Shown in pieces: positions 1-11,860 of a stretch of 64,000 bases of DNA (the stretch's first letter is position 1; each line of letters begins with the position of its first letter). The position numbers were made by a program, and so were the translations under genes. The stretch spans positions 100,998,001 to 101,062,000 of the forward strand of contig NC_043001.1 of assembly GCF_006345805.1 (NCBI RefSeq), in the 5' to 3' direction. The stretch is from Octopus sinensis. Taxonomy: Eukaryota. The notes below the pieces were generated by a model. It was not told the origin of the DNA and did not search any database. It worked only from the letters and a program-made list of their open reading frames with translations.

Positions 1-102
1 AAATACATACATATATATGTTTGTGTGTGTGTGTTTGTGTGTATGTATATAATGTGGCATATAAAATGATATAATATATATGTGTATGTGTGTGCATATA
101 TA

Positions 103-154
<52 letters not shown>

Positions 155-383
155 ATATGTATAGATGTGTATGTATAAATATAAAAATATATATATATAT
201 ATATACATATATGTATATATATACACACACATGTATATAAGTATGCATACATATAAATATAAGATAATATATATTATATATTATGGGAGTCTAACTGATT
301 TAACCCAGGAGAGCATAAAAAACAATAAAAGTATTTATTTAGATTGAGCTGACCAAAGACGAATAAGAGATGAATCATCACCA

Positions 384-482
384 TCATCGTTGTCATCATC
401 ATCATCATCATCAGTATCATCATCATCATCATCAGTATCATCATCATCATCATCAGTATCATCATCATCATCATCATCAACA
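384..482. repeat. (CAT)n microsatellite with CAGT variants
   Basis: Direct trinucleotide run; explains the poly-Met ORF 274-486. Confidence 0.95.
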
Positions 483-785
483 TCAATATTCAACTCAGAA
501 GTAAAATGTCTTGTTTGAAATTAGTTTTTTTTTTGTTTGCTTGTTTGGTTTTGGTTTTTGAGAAAATCAAATGAAATTAGTAGATAGAAAGAATGAGAAA
601 GTAAAAGGAAAAGGAAAAAAATTAAAGAAAAGCTGGATAAAATAAAATAAAATAAAAATGAAAGACATGGAGAACGAAAGAAAGAAAGAAAGAAAAGAAG
701 AAATAAGTGGAAGCGGATAAAAAAATAGACTGAGAAAGAAATAATGGTTCATAAAGGGTGAAATAAAATGAGGGGTGAAATAGAG

Positions 786-787
<2 letters not shown>

Positions 788-845
<58 letters not shown>
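788..845. repeat. (GA)n microsatellite
   Basis: Direct dinucleotide run. Confidence 0.95.
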
Positions 846-852
<7 letters not shown>

Positions 853-1160
853 GATGAAAGAGAAAAGAAAAAAGCAAAAGGAACAAGGAAATATGAAAGA
901 AAAAATATAAAAGTCAGAAAATGGAATGGGAAAGAAAATACATAAGAAAAAAAAAACATATTCATAGTCTTGAGAATTATGGTTTGAGATATATATTCCT
1001 TGTGATTGTTGTTGTTGTTGTTGTTGCTTTTTATGTTTATTGTCAAGCAATTGTTGACAATCTTCATACACCCACACGCACACATATGCATGGATATAAA
1101 TATATATAAGTATGTCTGAGGTCATATAACAAACATGAGTATGTGTGTATAATATTATAT

Positions 1161-1219
<59 letters not shown>

Positions 1220-1598
1220 GATATATAGATAGATAAATAGATACATACATACATACATACATATAGATATAGATATAAATAGATAGATACACACGGACAC
1301 ACAAACACACACAAACATATACTAAATTCTAATTTCCAAATATATTCTTTAGATATTGCTAAACCCCAAAATTGATTCCAAACCATTTAGCTGAAAGTAA
1401 CTTGAGAAGAAGAAAACATTATTATTGGATAGAAAAAAAATATTTTGTAGTAGCAGCAGCAGTAGTGATGATAATATTAATGATAACAATAAACTTGTGA
1501 TAACAATAGGAATTAAAATAAAAGCTATGTTTTTATTTCATGTTTTATTTTCTTTCTTTCCTTCATTCATTCTGTATACTGGTTTGATTCTCTTTCCT

Positions 1599-1629
<31 letters not shown>

Positions 1630-3712
1630 CTCTTTCTCTTTCTTACTTTCTCTCTCTTTCTTACTTTCTCTCATTCTTTTTTTCTTTCTTTCTCTCTTTC
1701 TTTCTTTCTTTCTTTTAAGAGAAAAGACGAATTATTCTGATTTCAGACAAGACATTTTATATATTTGAGTCCAATATTGACAATGATGATGATAATAGCA
1801 ATGACAATGATGACGACGACGACGACGACGACGACGGCGACGGCGACGATGAAAACTAAGAAGAAACTTGTCTTCTCTTTATTTCTGGAGGACCTTCTTT
1901 GTTTGTTTGCTTAGTAACATCCAAGATGCTGAAACAATCGCTTCCCTAACAGCTGCTGCTTTCAAACATTTAAGGTTTTCAAATAACACCAAAAATACGC
2001 CAAACAAATTTCTATTGTTTATTCCAGTTATTCATGGAGGCTCTTCATACCATCACATGTTGCAAGCCTTTGTCTCACCATCCATTATGGCAAGCGTGAC
2101 AACTGAGAAAACCCAGTCTACTCTGTTCTTGTATATGTCTAACAGCATGGATTCAAGGAATTCTATTGTGCTACCATCACTAGAGACATTGTCTTTGATT
2201 AGACTCATCAGGCCCTTCTTTGTCGGTTCTAATACAGACTTATGGCTCTTCCAGATGGAAGGATTGTGGTGAAGCTTCCAGAGTCTCATTCATGCATTCA
2301 AAGTTTTGGTTGACTCTCTATACCTGGTCATCCTTCTTATGGGTGTGTCTGTCTTCACAATGTGTGTCCCTCCCCAGAATGTGTGTGTGTGTCTGATAGT
2401 GCATGACCTACTGGCTAAGGTTTTGCACCGACACTCACCAGATCGGCAGTGCAATTCCTGGACTAAGTGGCACATTTGTTCTTGAGAAAAACACATCATT
2501 TTGCACTGCTTCAGTCCACTCAACTGCAAACGGGTGACCCTGTGACTGAATAGCTTTTTGATCAGTGGGGAAGAAGGTTGGCCTTGCTCCTACCTTTGCC
2601 AGCAGGATGCAATTTCACTTGGCTATTAAGGGTTAAACTGGCCATTGTAATCCTGTCAGCTCAGAAATAATGGGAGATATTGAGTTTGGTGGTTTTAGTA
2701 ATATCTGTGTGTCCCTATTGAAAAATAGAAAGTTGTCCTTGTGAAAGACAAAGTATTCGGAATTTATGTGCATGAAGCTTTGGAAATCAAAAAAAACAAA
2801 AACCTTTGGATTCTTGATCCCCTAAAACTCTTACATCAACACTTTTACAAAGCTTGACCAACAAATCTCTTTTCCTTAAGGAGCACAATATCCAATTTTT
2901 CTTCCTCAGACTCAGTGCAAACCATTGGGTATTCAGTCTCAGATGTGTATTTCAGACGGTTCTCAGTGGCAAACAGTACTACTTGAAGTTAACCACATGC
3001 TTCTCAAGCACAGCCTGGTGTTCTTTTTACCATTTTCTAAATTTTTCCCCATCCAAAAGGCATACTATTTACATTCTTATTCTTACATACATATGCCATG
3101 TATGTATGACTGTATACCTTCTCATTCTCATTTTAATTTAGTATAAATTTTGATGAGCCATTTGCTTGGTAGCAAATTGTAAAGGAAAGCATCTTGTTTT
3201 AGCTGTCATCTTTAAAATTGGAAGAAGGGTTTGCTGCTTTTTATAGTCCTCGACACCGTGATCATTTGTAGTGTATAAATTAAGGATTTGCATTCTCTCC
3301 TCAAGAACCCAGGTTTAGGCATACTTTGCTCCAGACGGGTTGGTATGTATCCTGTTTGTCCAATAACATCAGGTATGCAACTTAAAGTGTACCATGGGTA
3401 CCCGATTTGCAAACTTCTTATTAATAGTCTACAAATGTCCTCTTTCTCTTGTATTTTTCTAACCACACTGGTGTCTTGATGGCAGCTGATTTCTAGCTGT
3501 ATGTATGTATTTATGTATGTATGCATGCATGTATGTATGTATGTATGTATGTATGTATGTATGTATGTATGTATGTATATTTGTGTGTATGGGGGGGTGT
3601 ATGTACATATAGAAAAATGGTTTTAGTAGCTCAAAATAAACAAGAGCATATAGCATAAGATATTAGTTTAACCCTGAAAGGAAGAAATGAATATCTTTTC
3701 CTTCTTTTTCAG

Positions 3713-3776
3713 ACAGAGGCCCTTCTTCAAGTGCAGAAGAAAGAAAAGAAAAGAAGAGGAAAACGTTCCCTGGAAG
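3713..3776 (+). CDS. Candidate 64-nt internal exon of an unidentified host gene
   Basis: Strong acceptor (tcttttccttctttttcag) and donor (AAG|gtattg). All three frames are open (e.g. TEALLQVQKKEKKRRGKRSLE or QRPFFKCRRKKRKEEENVPWK), so the frame is undetermined. No homology recognised. Confidence 0.3.
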
Positions 3777-6700
3777 GTATTGGAGATTTGATCAAAGTGA
3801 CATGGTGTGGTGGGATGGAAGGGGATGGAAGAGGATGGAAAAAGGATTTGGTTTCACAATTAAAAGGTTTGTTGAAGGAGACATTGAGTGAGCCAGGGGT
3901 CGTTTAGCAAAGAGAAGTGGAAGTATGTAGGGGTGTTGGTGGGGAATCTGGGAAAAGATTCATTGTCCCGTGTGTGTGTGCAAGAGTGTGCATGTGTGTG
4001 TGTGTGCTTGTGTATGTATTTGCAAGTGTGTGTGTGTGTGTATGTTTGCAAGTGTGTGTGCGTGTGTATGTGTGCGTGTGTGTCTGTGTGTTTGTATATA
4101 TGTACTTATGCATATATGTGTATGTGTTTGTGTGTACCCTTGTCTTGACACTTGACTACATGTGATGGCTGTAAGTAAGCACATTCTCACCCAAGTGATG
4201 TTGTTTCTTTCAAGACTTCCATGTGAAGCATACCCGGCCATGAGAAATATTTCCTTGCTCGGAAAGAGATGAAGTTTGGTGACCGGAATGGCATCCAGCC
4301 ATAATAAATCTACCACAAAAAATTCCATCTGACCCATGCCAGCATGAAACAGTAGATGTTAAACATTGTAGATGAGGTTCATCATCATCATATATACATA
4401 CATACATAGCGGATGGAAGTGAACTCATGGCTGAGAAACACCACTTCCAAAACGCAGTGGATAAAATGTTCTGCAGCACTGAACGCAATTTTCTGGAGAT
4501 GACCAAAAACCAGTTGTACTTCAGCCATTTTATAATATAAGTTTACCTTCACCTGGAAGGAAGTTCTAATGGGAACTCATGATTTTTCACCCTTAGTGGT
4601 TCACATGCTAATTATAACCCATAGCTGCAATCTTCATAAGTGCTACTATTCTAAGTCAGAGAAGACTTGAGAACCATAATGTTTAAGTGATGGTTCCACA
4701 TTCTTCAAACTATGCACAAAAACACACAGAATAGTCTCCAGATGTTACATAACTGAGGCAGCATTTAACTATTAATGATACCTTACTTATATTGAACTAC
4801 ATATATATATATGTGCAGTTGAATGCATAATTATATACATACGAACATGCATGCGTATGTGTGCATGTGTGTGCATGTGCATGTGTGTGTGTGTGTGTGT
4901 GTACATGCAGTTGTGCCTATGCTGCTTTTTTAAGAATATTTCTGCACGTATTACAATTGAACATGGCTGTTTGGTCTTAGAATAAATATTGAAGCTCCTT
5001 TCTGTTGTGAGTTAAATGAATTAATCAACAAATAAAAGAAAAACAGCTTTCTTTGAGGCCATTAAATGTCTTTTCATTCTCATAATCTATATTCTTTCTT
5101 TCAAACAATAAATGTTCCACACTCAGCAGGTATAGATGCATATTTAATGCAGTGTTCTGCATGTCATGTGGAGTAACATTATTTCTCAACAGTAATTAAT
5201 AACTAATGTTTTATAGGTAGCCATGCCATTCTTTGCAAGAATTTAGCTTCATTTCAGTGGCTTTGTTGTATTTAAAAGCTTTTAAATATCATTGACTAAC
5301 AGGAATCTGTGAACATACCTATTATTGGATTGATAATGTATTTTCAATTGTAAATAGTAAATATCATTTTGGTACACTTATGAAACGTAAAAGAGTTTTG
5401 ACAAAATAAAACATCTTTCATTTAACGTCAGAACAAAAATGATACCGCATGGTTTTAGCAGCAAAGTATTTGTGATAATGCGCATTGGCTTGTCATTATT
5501 ACTGTTGCTGTCATTGTTATCATGAATTATTAGTATTATTATTAACTTTTTATTTAATTTCTAATCATGATCATATATTGAAAATATTTGTCTGAAGAAT
5601 CCAGCTGATTTCATTTCCCCTTTTAACAAAATAATAATGGTAAATTTCAGTTTTATTTTAGTTGTATTTCAATTTAAATTTTCTGTTTGAGATATTTTCT
5701 CTATTTTGTTTTATTTGGATTTGGTTTTTGTTTGCAGTTTCTAATTTTTATCAGCAGAAAATATAACTGATGTCAAACGAATAATTCTGAACAGCAATGT
5801 TTATTTGCAGTGATGAGAAATATAGAGTCAGAAGTATATTTTAAACTGCACAACATGGATATTATTCTGTTTTTAGAAGCAATTTGCAGTCGGGGTTTTA
5901 TCAGAGTATTACGAAGGATTAATATTGCAATCATTGGTTTATCCAGTAAAGTTGAAGTCTTTGTCTTTCCCATTTGTGGCAGTAGATCCGAGATTAGTGT
6001 TTGGTAGAGTGCAGAGAACCATATCTACACTTGGTGGGCTTGCCAGTCTATTTGGCGCCTTCATGCTGATTCTTATATCTAACTGGCAGACAATTAGCTT
6101 TAAGTGGCTTTGTGAATGATTGTGTCTATCTGTGTAGGTGTATGTGTGCACATGTATGCACATGTGTACAGTTCTTTGCCATATACAGGCTTTCATGCTG
6201 AAATACACACAAACTCTTGCATGCATGCACACATCACATGCAAGCATACAATCTTTGTTTCTTTCTTGTCTTTTTCTGCTACAACAGCATCGTTTCATAG
6301 GAAGAAATGCCACAATAATTACAAACTACTGTAACCAACACCCACCAATATAAGAATCACAACAAAACAAAAACAACTTGAACAGTTATCACTCTCCAAC
6401 TGAAACTCACCAACCATAAATTCACCCCTCCTCTCCACATCATCGAATTCCAGCAAGTCAGCATCACCAACATCTTAACAGCATTCACTAACACCACCTG
6501 CAGGTTCTGCAAGAAAACAATAACCAGCATCAGCAATGGCACTGGAAGCATCCCTTTCTCCAACCATCACCACCACCACCACCACCACCACCACAACCAC
6601 AACCACCACCATCACCACCACCACCACCACTGCAATAAAAGCAGCTGCAACAGTTCTACTAATATCGCAGAAATCACAGTCTCAGTTGCTCTTTTTGTTC

Positions 6701-7032
6701 ATTGTTATCTTAATCACTCTTCATCCACCATCAGTTCTTCACCCTTGCCATTATCAAAAAACTAATAACAACAGCTTCAGCAGCATTATCACAATTAATA
6801 CTCTAATACAGTAGAGACAGGTGGAACGAACGGCTCTGACAGTTTATTTTTCTAAATTAAATTAATATATAATTTTTTTTTAAGCAACAAGATTATTTTG
6901 TTTAAACATTTTTTTAATGTAAACTCCCTATTTCTGTGCGTTTCACTTACTTTATTTTTTTGCTACCTCATCAGTTGGATAAAGCTTCAAATTACTTGTA
7001 GATAGCTTTTACACACACACACACACACATTA

Positions 7033-7110
<78 letters not shown>

Positions 7111-7255
7111 TGGGTGTTATGTTTGTGTATAGAAGAATATATTACTCAAAGAAATTCCACCTATGACTTCCACGTGTTATTTACAATCCTATAATAATAT
7201 AATAGAAGATAATATAATATAATGAAATGATAGAATTTCAAATGTCCATTCTGAC

Positions 7256-7301
7256 TGAACTAGTACTTTCATTGCATTAAATTATGCAATCTTCAGGCTC
7301 A
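7256..7301 (-). ncRNA. Hammerhead-like motif, mirror copy in the left arm
   Basis: Minus strand reads tgagc-CTGAAGA-TTGCAT/ATGCAA-t-GAAA-GTACT-A-gttca. Confidence 0.5.
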
Positions 7302-7367
7302 TATAGTAGTGATGACAGTAATTTTTTTACAATTTACAACAGTTGTAAATTGTAAAGCATAACTACA

Positions 7368-7412
7368 TGGACCTGAAGATTGCATAGTTTAATGCATGAA
7401 AGTACTAGTTCA
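7368..7412 (+). ncRNA. Minimal type I hammerhead-ribozyme-like motif
   Basis: tggac-CTGAAGA-t-TGCAT/ATGCA-t-GAAA-GTACT-A-gttca. Stem I tggac/gttca, palindromic stem III AGTACT, CUA cleavage triplet. The base pair closing stem II is imperfect. Confidence 0.5.
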
Positions 7413-7712
7413 ATCAGAATGGACATTTAATATTCTATCATTTCATTATATTATATTATTATAAGATTGTAAACAAAACATGAAAATCAGACAAAGATTA
7501 AATTTCTTTGAGTAATATATATATATCCCTCATCGTTTGTTTTTACTGTTTTGTCCTCATTGTTCTGTCCTTTCCTGTTTTTACTTTTTTATTGTTTTTT
7601 CGTTGTTTGAAAAAAAGCTTGTTTCTATGTTTTTGTTTCTCATTGTGTTCAACGTTTTATTGACTGTATATATACATATATATGTAGGTATGTACATATA
7701 TGTATGTATATA

Positions 7713-7955
<243 letters not shown>

Positions 7956-8093
7956 CACAGAAATAAACAGAGACCGAAAATAGAAAAGGTTTAGTGCAGG
8001 TAATAATCTAGTAGCTCTGCATTGGTACAACTTGGAAAAATATAGAAAAAAAGTGAAAACGGTACTTGACACGAGGAGTAGAATATCCAATGT

Positions 8094-8239
8094 TTCAGAT
8101 TCAATCCTTCGTCAGGGCGCAGAGAAAAAGAGAAGAAAAAGAGAAAAAAGTCAAACAGAGTTTTTCAAGCTGAGATTGTTTGACTTTTTCTCTTTTTCTT
8201 CTCTTTTTCTCTGCCCCCTGACGAAGGATTGAATCTGAA
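8094..8239. repeat. Inverted repeat (arms 8094-8156 and 8178-8239), each arm carrying CTGACGA...GAA hammerhead-like core
   Basis: Minus arm CTGACGAAGGATTGAATCTGAAACATT; plus arm CTGACGAAGGATTGAATCTGAAGC. Confidence 0.7.
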
Positions 8240-8280
8240 GCTCCTCACAGCAAGTTCACTGTACTCCCATTGTGTATGGT

Positions 8281-8523
8281 GAGAGTCATTCCCTTTTAGT
8301 GTCTTATAATTTACCACACTCACCAGTAAAATTTCCACTTATTTCTTTTTTAGTTTTCTAAAATTTTCGTTGCGTCTTGCAACCTTTCCAATAGTTTTGA
8401 CTCTCAAGACTATTGAAAAGGTTGCAAGACACAATGAAAATTTAAGAAAAACAAAAAAGAAACAAGTGGAAATTTTACTGGTGAGTGTGGTAAATTAAAA
8501 GGCACCAAAAGAGAATGACTCTT
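8281..8523. repeat. ~240-bp imperfect palindrome
   Basis: Arms 8281-8400 and 8404-8523 around a 3-nt loop (ctc). Confidence 0.8.
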
Positions 8524-8856
8524 CCCAGACATAACGGAATATGCTTCAACACACGAATTCACATAAAGAATCTTACAAACCAAATCCAATAAGGATATAT
8601 ATATATATATATATATATATTTCAGCAAAATAATTTAGATTCAAATGAATATGGTACTTTACTTAGATGCACCAGAATTTTTTATGGTATTACCCATAAA
8701 ATTATGTGGGGTAATTATAACCAAAAAATAAGCAATAAGAATTACCGGATCCATTCTTGTTGCTTATTTTTCTGTTATATATATATACATATATGTGTAT
8801 GTATGTATGTATGTATGTATGTATGTATACATATATGTGTATATATATATATGTGA

Positions 8857-8897
<41 letters not shown>

Positions 8898-8902
<5 letters not shown>

Positions 8903-9451
8903 CCACACACACAAAAGTTATGAATTGGAGTAGATAAAATCTGGGCTACATATGTTTCATAGTGAGTGGAACCTCAGAAGTGGTAATATCCAAGTGAGGT
9001 GTACACAACCTGCTACTCTTCAGGCCAAGGATATCTTGATTAGATTAAAGGTTACATTGTTGCAAGGAAGCACTTATTGATGTAAGTAAGATTTAATATC
9101 TATTTGAAAGTCTATAAGAATTACTTAATTTTAATTTTGATGTGTAAAGGTGATTTTTAAAAAAAATGTTTTTTAGAAAAATGTAACGAAATCTTTTATC
9201 AGGATGTTACTCTCTTTACTCTTTACTCTTCTACTTGTTTCAGTCATTTTGACTGTGGCCAAGCTGGAGCACCGCCTTAAGTCAAGCACATCGACCCCAG
9301 GACTTATTCTTTGTAAGCCTAGTACTTATTCTATCAGTCACTTTTGCTGAACTGCTAAGTTATGGGGACATAAACACACCACCATCGGTTGTCAAGCAAT
9401 GTTGGGGGACAATCACAGACACACAAACATACACACACACGTACATATATA

Positions 9452-9485
<34 letters not shown>

Positions 9486-10040
9486 CCACACACACAAAAG
9501 TTATGAATTGGAGTAGATAAAATCTGGGCTACATATGTTTCATAGTGAGTGGAACCTCAGAAGTGGTAATATCCAAGTGAGGTGTACACAACCTGCTACT
9601 CTTCAGGCCAAGGATATCTTGATTAGATTAAAGGTTACATTGTTGCAAGGAAGCACTTATTGATGTAAGTAAGATTTAATATCTATTTGAAAGTCTATAA
9701 GAATTACTTAATTTTAATTTTGATGTGTAAAGGTGATTTTTAAAAAAAATGTTTTTTAGAAAAATGTAACGAAATCTTTTATCAGGATGTTACTCTCTTT
9801 ACTCTTTACTCTTCTACTTGTTTCAGTCATTTTGACTGTGGCCAAGCTGGAGCACCGCCTTAAGTCAAGCACATCGACCCCAGGACTTATTCTTTGTAAG
9901 CCTAGTACTTATTCTATCAGTCACTTTTGCTGAACTGCTAAGTTATGGGGACATAAACACACCACCATCGGTTGTCAAGCAATGTTGGGGGACAATCACA
10001 GACACACAAACATACACACACACGTACATATATATATATA
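8898..10040. repeat. 583-bp direct tandem duplication with breakpoints in (TA)n
   Basis: tacacccacacacacaaaagttatg at 8898 and 9481; gtac at 9441 and 10024; no mismatch seen outside the TA run. Confidence 0.9.
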
Positions 10041-10222
10041 TATATACATACATATATATGACGGGCTTCTTTCAGTTTCCGTCTACCAAATCCACTTTAA
10101 GGCTTTGGTTGGCCTGAGGCTATAGTAGAAGACACTTGCCCAAGGTGCTACGCAGTGGGAATGAACCCAGAACCATGTGGTTGGTAAACAAGCTACTTAC
10201 CACACAGCCACTCCTGCACCTG
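9808..10222 (-). mobile_element. tRNA-derived SINE, family S1 (near full length, internal CA/TA tract)
   Basis: Minus head gcaggagtggctgtgtggtaagtagcttg...ggttctgggttcattccccactgcgtagcaccttgggcaagtgtcttc; many copies in the window. Confidence 0.8.
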
Positions 10223-10257
10223 TAAGTAAACATATTTGGGAAATCATTTTTCTGGTG

Positions 10258-10290
<33 letters not shown>

Positions 10291-10367
10291 TTGTACATGG
10301 TAAATGAGAGATGGAAGTTGGAAGATACAAAAATTTTTATTAATCACTACAATTATTTTGACACACA

Positions 10368-10620
10368 GGCACAGGCATGGCTGTGTGGTAAAAAGTTTGC
10401 TTCCCAACCACATGGTTCTAGGTTCAGTTCCACTGCATGTCACCTTGGGCAAGTGTCTTCTGCTATAACTCTGGGCCAACCAAAGCCTTATAAATGGATT
10501 TGGTAGACGGAAACTGAAAGAAACCCGTCATGTGTGTGTTTTCCCCCACCATCACTTGACACCGATGATGGTGTGTTTATGTCCATGTAAAGTAGCAGTT
10601 TGACAATAAAGACTGATAAA
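10368..10620 (+). mobile_element. SINE S1, partial, inverted relative to the 9808-10222 copy
   Basis: ggctgtgtggtaaaaagtttgcttcccaaccacatggttctaggttcagttccactgc... Confidence 0.8.
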
Positions 10621-10662
10621 ATAATAATAAGAATAATAATAATAGTAGTAATAATAATAATA

Positions 10663-10701
<39 letters not shown>

Positions 10702-10744
10702 TAATAATAATAATAATAATAATATTAATAATAATAATAATATT

Positions 10745-11210
10745 CACTTATTTTAACTGGATATGGCGATACACACAGATAGAGAAATTAAGGCCAGCAG
10801 ACCAGATATAGTTGTCAGAGATCATGAAGAAAAAAAATGCTTTCTAATTGATGTATCAATACCGGCAGATGACAACGTGTCTCTAAAAGAAATGGAGAAA
10901 CTCTCAAAATACAAAGACCTGGAAATAGAGATAACTAGAATGTGGAACCTGAAAACAGAAACAATTCCTATCATAGTAGGTGCATTAGGCATGATAAAAA
11001 AATATTCAGACAAATACATAACAAAAACACCAGGACTTACAAACACATATAACATACAGAAAATTGCACTACTAGGCACTGCACACATCCTACGCAGAAC
11101 ACTTTCCATACAATAACCATCAGAGCATCACAACAAATCACAGCACATACCCAAGGCACACAGAGCTGCGCTCGGTAGTGAAGTGAAAGCACGCTATAAA
11201 AATAAAACTA

Positions 11211-11213
<3 letters not shown>
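10745..11213 (+). mobile_element. 5'-truncated R4/Dong-clade non-LTR retrotransposon: restriction-like endonuclease domain plus 3' UTR
   Basis: ORF 10763-11116 has RPDIVV..D...LIDVSIP.D.N...KE.EK..KY.DL and ALLGTAHILRRTL, a PD-(D/E)xK REL domain; flanked by (TAA)n on both sides. Confidence 0.9.
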
Positions 11214-11262
<49 letters not shown>

Positions 11263-11295
11263 GTCACTTTGATGGCATGAACTGCTCTCTCACTC

Positions 11296-11296
<1 letters not shown>
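11263..11296 (+). mobile_element. 3' stub of the TAA-tailed SINE-like element S6
   Basis: gtcactttgatggcatgaactgctctctcactca matches the 3' end of 29358-29915 and 40590-41034. Confidence 0.75.
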
Positions 11297-11342
<46 letters not shown>

Positions 11343-11351
11343 CAACAACAA

Positions 11352-11536
11352 CAACATCGAAAAATATCTTAGTAATGAGAACCCAGGTTCGAAATTTCCC
11401 CAAGACACCTGATGAAGGCTGAAGGGTATATCAGCTGAAACATTGTATTAACAACAAACAAGATGAGGACAAATCTCCATCAAATGTAAATAATGTAAAT
11501 AATGTACATAATTCCTCATCTCTTAAATATAGAACT
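11352..11536 (+). mobile_element. ~185-bp repeat module containing a hammerhead motif (copy 1)
   Basis: Highly similar to 30089-30272; both begin aacatcgaaaaata after (TAA)n and end aaatatagaact. Confidence 0.8.
11404..11449 (+). ncRNA. Degenerate minimal hammerhead ribozyme
   Basis: gacac-CTGATGA-a-GGCTG...CAGCT-GAAA-CATT-gtatt; changes CC>CT and CG>CA relative to copy 2. Confidence 0.5.
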
Positions 11537-11547
11537 GTATGTATGTG

Positions 11548-11860
11548 TGATGATGCATGGCCTATTGGTTAGGGGATTCAGCTGATGATTGTAGAGTTTT
11601 GAGTTTGATTCCTGTTGGAACATTTTATCCTTGAGCAAGACACTTTATTTCACCTGGCTCTAGTCCACTCAGCTGGCAAAAATGAGTTGTACCTGTATTT
11701 CAAATGGCCATCCTTGTCACATTCTGTGCGATGCTGAATCTGCCTGAGGGTACATGGGTTCTTTGGAGTACTCAGCCACTTTACACATGAACTTCCCCAG
11801 CAGGCTCTTCCATTGCTCCCAGCCACTGGAGCATTCATCATCATAACCAACAGATTGCCA
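11548..11860 (+). mobile_element. tRNA-derived SINE, family S4
   Basis: Degenerate tRNA head followed by ccttgagcaagacactttatttcac...gtccactcagctggcaaaaatgag; related copies at 13450-13700 (+), 54290-54610 (-), 58295-58482 (-). Confidence 0.6.

Larger units (their letters stand above)
7137..7520. repeat. ~380-bp imperfect palindrome (fold-back element) with a hammerhead-like motif in each arm
   Basis: Ends atatattactcaaagaaatt / aatttctttgagtaatatat; centre tttacaatttacaac-a-gttgtaaattgtaaa at 7326-7356. Confidence 0.85.

Noticed and set aside
1868-2530. 134-aa ORF and neighbours as a host gene
   Set aside because: No recognisable domain or splice support; more likely decayed repeat sequence.
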